DNA of 59,547 bases, from contig JACPWF010000034.1 in the NCBI GenBank assembly GCA_016197155.1, positions 1 to 59,547 on the forward strand, read 5' to 3'. This DNA is from Candidatus Omnitrophota bacterium. Its GTDB lineage: Bacteria > Omnitrophota > Gorgyraeia > 2-02-FULL-51-18. The notes under the pieces were generated by a model. The model saw nothing but the letters and a program-made list of their open reading frames with translations. It ran no database searches and was not told the origin of the DNA. Both the position numbers and the translations under genes were made by a program. Shown here piece after piece: positions 32,432-38,311 of the stretch; the first letter of the stretch is position 1; the number at the start of each line of letters is the position of its first letter.

Positions 32432-33445
32432 ATGTTTAAGAAAAAATCAAAATACAACGTCGCGGTGATGGGCGCCACGGGCGCCGTGGGCGAGGAGATG
32501 CTGAAAATCCTCGAGGAGAGGCGTTTTCCCGTCGACAGGCTTGTGCTTTTGGCCTCTGCGCGTTCTTTGGGGAAAAAATATTCTTTCCACGGAAAACAAA
32601 TTGCCGTAGAAGAATTGAAAGAAAATTCCTTTAACGGCATTGACATTGTTTTGGCGAGTGCCGGTGGGTCTATTTCCAAAAAATTTGCGCCCTTTGCGGT
32701 GAAAGCAGGCGCTATCGTGATCGACAACACGAGCGCCTACCGCATGGACCCGAACGTGCCTTTGGTGATTCCTGAAATCAATCCCGAAGACATTCAAAAA
32801 CACAAAGGCATTATCGCCAATCCCAACTGCTCCACGATCATCATGCTGGTTCCGGTTTATCCGATTCATAAAACCAACCGCGTGAAACGTATTTTTGTTT
32901 CTACTTATCAGTCTGCCTCCGGCGCGGGGGCGCGGGCCATGCGTGAGCTGGAAGAGCAGTCGCGCGACGTTCTGGCCGGGCGTCCGGCAAAAAAAGAAAT
33001 TTTTCCTCACCAGATCGCGTTCAATCTTTTTTCGCACAACAGCGCCATTAAAGACGAGGGCTACAACGAAGAAGAGCTCAAGATGGTGAAAGAGACGCAG
33101 AAAATTTTCCACGACACCAAAATCAAAATCACGCCGACCACGGTGCGGGTGCCGGTATTTCGGGCGCATTCCGAATCTATTTATCTTGAGCTTGAAAAAA
33201 CGCCGGACATTGCGCGCATCCGTAAGATTTTATCCAAAGCGCCGGGCGTCAAAGTGGTTGATGACCGTGAGAAAAATTATTTTCCGATGCCGCTTGAAGC
33301 CAGCGGTCAGGACGACGTGCTTGTCGGACGTTTGCGGAAAGATCTGTCTTCCTCGAAGGGCCTGTGTCTTTTTGTTTCCGGCGACCAGCTTCGCAAGGGA
33401 GCCGCTCTAAACGCTGTCCAGATCGCGGAAATTTTAATCCAGTAA
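32432..33445 (+). CDS. asd: aspartate-semialdehyde dehydrogenase
   Basis: VAVMGATGAVG, active site IANPNCSTI, SGAG, and RVPVFRAHSESI. Confidence 0.9.
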   Translation: MFKKKSKYNVAVMGATGAVGEEMLKILEERRFPVDRLVLLASARSLGKKYSFHGKQIAVEELKENSFNGIDIVLASAGGSISKKFAPFAVKAGAIVIDNTSAYRMDPNVPLVIPEINPEDIQKHKGIIANPNCSTIIMLVPVYPIHKTNRVKRIFVSTYQSASGAGARAMRELEEQSRDVLAGRPAKKEIFPHQIAFNLFSHNSAIKDEGYNEEELKMVKETQKIFHDTKIKITPTTVRVPVFRAHSESIYLELEKTPDIARIRKILSKAPGVKVVDDREKNYFPMPLEASGQDDVLVGRLRKDLSSSKGLCLFVSGDQLRKGAALNAVQIAEILIQ

Positions 33446-33446
33446 T

Positions 33447-33514
33447 GTCATTGCGAGAAGCGCAGCGACGAAGCAATCTTTGTGGAGAGATTGCTTCGCT
33501 TTGCTCGCAATGAC
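33447..33514. repeat. 68-nt palindromic element forming a two-stem hairpin
   Basis: GTCATTGCGAG (33447-57) pairs perfectly with CTCGCAATGAC (33504-14). GAAGCAATCT (33470-79) pairs perfectly with AGATTGCTTC (33488-97). Confidence 0.75.
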
Positions 33515-33519
33515 CCGAG

Positions 33520-34254
33520 ATGCGGACCATCAAGCTCGTTATCGGTTACAACGGCGAGCGCTATGAAGGTTGGCAGAGCCAGCGCAACAGTAAAACCCTT
33601 CAAGAGCTTTTCGAGAAGACCTTAAGCCGCATTCTCAAAGAAAAGACAGACCTTATTTCTGCCTCCCGCACGGACAGCGGGGTCCACGCGCTGGGGCAGA
33701 CAGCCCATTTCAAAACAAAAAACCCTCTTCCCGTCGCAAGAATAAAGTCAGCGCTCAATTTCTACCTCCCGAAAGACGTGGTTGTTTTTTCGGCTAAAGA
33801 GATGCCCGCCAATTTTCACGCTCGTTACCAAGCGCGCTCAAAGGTTTACCACTATGACATTTGGAACAGCCCCACGCGCCCGCTCTTTGAAGCGCCTTTT
33901 ACGCTTTGGCATCCCGGGAAACTTGATGCGGCCTCGATGAATCGTGCTACGCGCCACCTTAAAGGAAAACACGATTTCAACGCTTTTAAGGCCATTGACG
34001 GCGAAACAAAAAGCTCTGTGCGTGAAATAAAACGCATTTCCGTAAAGAAAATAAAAACGCTTATCCGCATCGAAATAAAAGGCGACGGTTTTCTCAAGCA
34101 CATGGTCCGCATCATCGCCGGCACGCTCATCGAAGTGGGCCGAAAAAAGCTGAAGCCTCAAGCCATTCAACAAATTTTATCCTCCAAAGACCGCACCAAA
34201 GCCGGTCCCACCGCCAAACCCCAAGGCCTCACCCTCCTCAAAATTACTTATTAA
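33520..34254 (+). CDS. truA: tRNA pseudouridine(38-40) synthase
   Basis: YNGERYEGWQSQ...SRTDSGVHALGQ...FLKHMVRIIAG. Confidence 0.9.
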   Translation: MRTIKLVIGYNGERYEGWQSQRNSKTLQELFEKTLSRILKEKTDLISASRTDSGVHALGQTAHFKTKNPLPVARIKSALNFYLPKDVVVFSAKEMPANFHARYQARSKVYHYDIWNSPTRPLFEAPFTLWHPGKLDAASMNRATRHLKGKHDFNAFKAIDGETKSSVREIKRISVKKIKTLIRIEIKGDGFLKHMVRIIAGTLIEVGRKKLKPQAIQQILSSKDRTKAGPTAKPQGLTLLKITY

Positions 34255-34260
34255 CGATCA

Positions 34261-34384
34261 AAAAGGGACAGTCCCCAAGAAGACAGGGGACAGTCCCCAA
34301 TTGGGCCCTTCCTCATAGATAAGCCTGTCCCTTTTTGCCCCAAAAGGGACAGTCCCCAATGACTAAGGGGACAGTCCCCTGTAA
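34261..34384. repeat. array of four GGGACAGTCCCC palindromes in two 43-nt units
   Basis: The copies lie at 34265, 34287, 34346 and 34368. Spacing is 22 bp within each pair and 81 bp between pairs. A half-site CCTGTCCCTTTTT lies at about 34325. Confidence 0.85.
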
Positions 34385-34463
34385 AACGAAAAAAATTTAG
34401 AAATAGTTTGAACGAAAATGGCACCCCTTGTCGTCTAGTATAGTGGGAGGGTGTTATGACATC

Positions 34464-34706
34464 ATGAAAATTCTCATCCATTATCATTCCAAACGGCAGA
34501 ATAAGGGGCTTTTGCTGGTGTTTCATAAGATGACTATAGAAGAAGTCCGGGAAATTATTCAGGAAAAGGACCGCCTAGTGGCTATCGGGCGGCTGGTAGT
34601 TAAGGCCGACAAGGTGGAGCAGGTTCCCCAGGGGCGTTACCGGCGCATCCGGGCCTCGGCTGATTTTGTTGTCAGCGAGCGTTACACAATGGAGCGGTTG
34701 GGGTAG
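34464..34706 (+). CDS. 80-aa hypothetical protein (paralog of 40934-41176)
   Basis: GGGAGGG Shine-Dalgarno upstream. The protein MKILIHYHSK...ASADFVVSERYTMERLG aligns end to end with the ORF at 40934. Confidence 0.55.
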   Translation: MKILIHYHSKRQNKGLLLVFHKMTIEEVREIIQEKDRLVAIGRLVVKADKVEQVPQGRYRRIRASADFVVSERYTMERLG

Positions 34707-34714
34707 AATGCAAT

Positions 34715-34743
34715 TTGACAATTTGTATGTTATAGAATACACT
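34715..34743 (+). promoter_or_regulatory. candidate promoter of the higBA-like/recQ unit
   Basis: TTGACA-17 nt-TACACT, about 18 nt upstream of the GTG at 34761. Confidence 0.4.
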
Positions 34744-34760
34744 CTTGTTGAGAGCCTTTA

Positions 34761-35105
34761 GTGCCAGAGTTTAAAAAGAGACTCTTTTTCTATCAAACTT
34801 TAAATGGTAAAAGGCCATTTGAGGAGTGGTTTTCCGGCTTCAAAGACAAAAGAACTTATGCGTTACTCGCGGCAAAACTTGACCGTTTGGAACGCTATGG
34901 ACATACGGGTCGGTACAGATCTGTACAAGACGGCATTTATGAGTTAAAAATCGATCATGGGCCTGGGTATCGGGTTTATTTTGCTGAGCAGAGGAGTGCG
35001 GCTATTCTTCTTCTTGTGGGAGGAGATAAAAGCACTCAGCATCGCGATATTGAAAAGGCCGTTGAATATTGGAAGGATTATAAGGAGCGGGTGAATGAAA
35101 CTTAA
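34761..35105 (+). CDS. RelE/ParE-superfamily toxin (HigB-like addiction module killer protein)
   Basis: GKRPFEEWF...AKLDRLERYGHTGRYRSVQDGIYELKIDHGPGYRVYF...LLLVGGDKSTQHRDIEKA matches the addiction-module killer family pattern. Confidence 0.8.
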   Translation: MPEFKKRLFFYQTLNGKRPFEEWFSGFKDKRTYALLAAKLDRLERYGHTGRYRSVQDGIYELKIDHGPGYRVYFAEQRSAAILLLVGGDKSTQHRDIEKAVEYWKDYKERVNET

Positions 35106-35406
35106 AGCCTATCATGAGAGTCTCATCGAAGCCTTGAAAGACCCTAAGCAGGCGGCCGAATATTTAAATGTCGCCCTCGAAGAAGGGGACCCAAAAATGT
35201 TTTTGGTGGCTCTCAGGAATGTTGCAGAAGCTTGCGGCGGGATGTCCAAAGTTTCCCGGCGCACAAAACTCAACCGTGCCAACCTCTACAAAATCTTTTC
35301 CAAATCGGGTAACCCGGAAGTCCAAACACTCTCGCACATTCTTAAGACTTTTGGTTTGAGATTGGCCGTGGAAACGATGTCCTCACAAACTCTTAAGGCC
35401 GCATAA
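35095..35406 (+). CDS. HTH antitoxin (HigA-like addiction module antidote protein)
   Basis: YLNVALEEGDPKMFLVALRNVAEACGGMSKVSRRTKLNRANLYKIFSKSGNPEVQTL. The gene overlaps the toxin by 11 nt. Confidence 0.8.
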   Translation: MKLKAYHESLIEALKDPKQAAEYLNVALEEGDPKMFLVALRNVAEACGGMSKVSRRTKLNRANLYKIFSKSGNPEVQTLSHILKTFGLRLAVETMSSQTLKAA

Positions 35407-35409
35407 GGT

Positions 35410-36978
35410 ATGTTATTAGCCAAAGAAATATTAAAAAACCGTTTTGGTTACGATGATTTTCGTTTGGATCAGGAGAAGATCATTGGGGCGGTTTTGGAAA
35501 AAAAAGACGTGTTGGCGCTCATGCCCACGGGTGGGGGCAAGTCACTGTGTTATCAGATTCCGGCGCTTTTGTTTCCCGGGCTTACCGTGGTCATTTCGCC
35601 GCTCATCGCTTTGATGAAAGATCAGGTGGGGGCGCTGAAGCTGAATGGCATTCCTTCTGCTTTTTTAAATTCTTCTCTTACGGGCCGCGAACAGTCGGAT
35701 ATTCTTTTGGCGGCGGAGGCCGGTGAGCTTAAACTCCTTTACGTGGCTCCCGAGAGACTTTTTTCTCAGGACCCGCCGTTTCTGGAGTTTTTGAAACGGT
35801 TATCGGTGTCCCTTTTTGCGATCGACGAGGCGCGTTGCATCTCTCAGTGGGGTCATGATTTCCGGCCTGAATACATGAAGCTTGCGGCGCTCAAGCGCCA
35901 TTTTCCGGAGGTGCCGGTGATGGCTTTGACGGCGACGGCGGATGAGTTGACGCGGAAAGATATTTTGGAGAAATTGCAGTTAAATGCGCCCGCTGTTTTT
36001 ATTTCGAGCTTTGACAGGAAAAATATTTATTACTTCGTCCGTCCCAAGAAAAATTCCCGCCCGCGGCTTCTCGCTTATCTGAGCGCACGCCGGCAGGAGT
36101 CGGGCATCATTTACGTATTGTCACGGCGCTCGGCGGAACGTTGGTCGGATGAGCTTGAAGCGCGGGGATTTTCGGTAAAGCCGTATCACGCGGGCCTCGA
36201 TAGCCAAACGCGCGCCGAAAACCAGGAGCTTTTCATTCAGGACAAGGTCAAAATCATGGTGGCGACCATCGCGTTCGGCATGGGCATCGACAAGTCCAAC
36301 GTCCGCTACGTGGTTCATCTCGACATGCCAAAAAATATTGAGGGCTATTATCAAGAGACCGGACGGGCCGGCAGGGACGGTTTGAAGAGCGAGGCGGTTT
36401 TATTTTACAGCCCGGGCGACGTGATTAAATTGAAGCATTTCGCGCGCGTGTCCGGCAATCCGAACCAGACTCGAATTTTATTTAAGAAATTAAATCAGAT
36501 GGCGGATTTCTGCGAAATCAAAACCGTCTGCCGCCGCAACCGGCTTCTTAATTATCTGGGCGAAGATTCTCCCGACCGCTGTGACGCTTGCGACGTGTGT
36601 TTGGGTCGTGTGGGGGAGGAGGTGGTGGTTGCCGAAGCGCCCTATGAAGCCGAGCTTTTCAAAATACTGAGAGCGATGCGCATGGACCTCGCCCGGGAGG
36701 CGGGAATGCCGGCCTTTGTGATTTTTTCGGATGCGACGCTGGTTGAGCTTTGCGCCTACCTGCCCCAAACGATGGAAGATCTGCGCCGCATTTCCGGTTT
36801 TGGGGAGGTAAAGCTTGCCCGTTACGGGACTCTCTTCCTTAAAGCTGTCACGGATTACTCCCGCGAGCGTGGTCTCTCCTCGCGCATCGAAAAAAAATAC
36901 ACGGGACAAGCCGCCGGTGACATTCGCGCCGCGGTCAACCGTTTAAAATTCAACAAAACCGCGCAAGCTCGTATATAA
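35410..36978 (+). CDS. recQ: ATP-dependent DNA helicase RecQ (short form with Zn-binding and HRDC domains)
   Basis: MPTGGGKSLCYQIPA, motif II DEARCISQWGHDFRPEY, TATA, ATIAFGMGIDK, QETGRAGRDG, a Cys4 cluster, and a C-terminal HRDC domain. Confidence 0.9.
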   Translation: MLLAKEILKNRFGYDDFRLDQEKIIGAVLEKKDVLALMPTGGGKSLCYQIPALLFPGLTVVISPLIALMKDQVGALKLNGIPSAFLNSSLTGREQSDILLAAEAGELKLLYVAPERLFSQDPPFLEFLKRLSVSLFAIDEARCISQWGHDFRPEYMKLAALKRHFPEVPVMALTATADELTRKDILEKLQLNAPAVFISSFDRKNIYYFVRPKKNSRPRLLAYLSARRQESGIIYVLSRRSAERWSDELEARGFSVKPYHAGLDSQTRAENQELFIQDKVKIMVATIAFGMGIDKSNVRYVVHLDMPKNIEGYYQETGRAGRDGLKSEAVLFYSPGDVIKLKHFARVSGNPNQTRILFKKLNQMADFCEIKTVCRRNRLLNYLGEDSPDRCDACDVCLGRVGEEVVVAEAPYEAELFKILRAMRMDLAREAGMPAFVIFSDATLVELCAYLPQTMEDLRRISGFGEVKLARYGTLFLKAVTDYSRERGLSSRIEKKYTGQAAGDIRAAVNRLKFNKTAQARI

Positions 36979-37045
36979 TTTGTTTGCGTGCATTTGAATG
37001 AAAGTATACTTTACAAATAGACGTACTTAATGTATACTTCATCTC

Positions 37046-38182
37046 ATGGTCAATAGGCCCCAATGGAAAAAGAGGATTCATAACGCATGGAAAGAGGCGT
37101 CCATCGTCTGGCTTTCCGGCGTGCGCCGCTCGGGTAAGACGACGCTCGCGCGGAGTCTCGGAGGTCCGGAGGAGATTCTCTACGTCAACTGCGACCTTCC
37201 CGCGGCCGAGGAGCGGCTTCGAGACCCTGAGTTTTTCTTTCGAAGCTGTGAAAAATCCATTATCGTTTTCGACGAAATCCACCAACTTCGGGATCCGAGC
37301 CGTGTTCTCAAGATCGGCGCCGATCTCTTTCCGCGCCTGAGAATATTGGCCACCGGGTCCTCGACGCTTGCGGCCGGCAGAAAATTCAGGGACACGCTGA
37401 CGGGACGAAAGAGGCTCGTTCATCTTCTGCCGGTTCTCTGGACGGAGCTCGAAGATTTCTCCTGCAAGGATCTGACAAGACGGCTTTTTCAGGGCGGCTT
37501 GCCCCCGGCGCTTCTGACGGCCTCCAAAAAAAACTCTTTTTACCGGGAGTGGCTGGATTCCTTTTTCGCCCGGGACGTGCAAAAGCTTTTTTCGTTCCGC
37601 GACGCGGATAAGTTCAACGCGCTTTTTGAATATCTCCTCAGGCAGAGCTCGGGCCTGTTTGAGACTTCCAGGGCCGCGTCTGATCTCAAGATCAGCCGGT
37701 TGACGATTGAAAATCATCTCCAAGCGCTCGAGACGATGCACGCCATCGCGCGCATTCGGCCTTTTTTCGGAAGCGGACAGAGGGAGATCGTGAAAATGCC
37801 GAAAATCTACGGTTTTGACACGGGTTTCGTCACCTTTGCCCGCGGCTGGGATCCTCTGCGTCCGCAGGATCACGGCGTCTTGTGGGAGCATTTGGTTTTG
37901 GAATATTTACAGGCTTATTTTCCGGACGAGACCATCCGGTATTGGCGCGACAAGGCGGGAAGGGAAGTGGATTTTATTTTGGCCCGGCGCAGGGATCATG
38001 TGGATGCGATCGAATGCAAATGGAACCCGCTGGATTTCGATAGTTCGGCGCTTAGGGAATTTCGTTCTCATTACCCGAAAGGCGTAAATTACCTGGTGAC
38101 TCCTTCGGCAAGACCCGCTTACGTAAAACGTTATGGAAGTCTAACCGTTAAAATTTGCGAGCCTTCCAGCTTGGCCGCCTAA
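37046..38182 (+). CDS. AAA+ ATPase with C-terminal PD-(D/E)xK-like domain (COG1373/DUF4143 type)
   Basis: Walker A GVRRSGKTT, Walker B IIVFDEIH, and a C-terminal EVDFIL...AIECKW. TATACT lies 7 nt before the ATG and there is no Shine-Dalgarno. Confidence 0.8.
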   Translation: MVNRPQWKKRIHNAWKEASIVWLSGVRRSGKTTLARSLGGPEEILYVNCDLPAAEERLRDPEFFFRSCEKSIIVFDEIHQLRDPSRVLKIGADLFPRLRILATGSSTLAAGRKFRDTLTGRKRLVHLLPVLWTELEDFSCKDLTRRLFQGGLPPALLTASKKNSFYREWLDSFFARDVQKLFSFRDADKFNALFEYLLRQSSGLFETSRAASDLKISRLTIENHLQALETMHAIARIRPFFGSGQREIVKMPKIYGFDTGFVTFARGWDPLRPQDHGVLWEHLVLEYLQAYFPDETIRYWRDKAGREVDFILARRRDHVDAIECKWNPLDFDSSALREFRSHYPKGVNYLVTPSARPAYVKRYGSLTVKICEPSSLAA

Positions 38183-38311
38183 AGACCTCTCGCAGTCCGG
38201 CCTCACTCTCTTGTTGAAATTATCTATTAACATGGTCTTCGGTAGCGCCGCTTAAAATTCAGCAAACCCGCATAAATTCGTATATAATTTAGTCTCAATG
38301 GGAAAAACTCA

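Noticed and set aside
34261-34384. Possible CRISPR array.
   Set aside because: The repeats are only 12 nt with two fixed spacings (22 and 81 bp), there are only four copies, and no cas genes are present. This is not CRISPR architecture.
34251-34526. Minus-strand ORF of 91 aa with repeated GDCPLS.WGLSL peptides.
   Set aside because: It is simply the translation of the GGGACAGTCCCC palindrome array. There is no start context and no coding periodicity outside the repeats.
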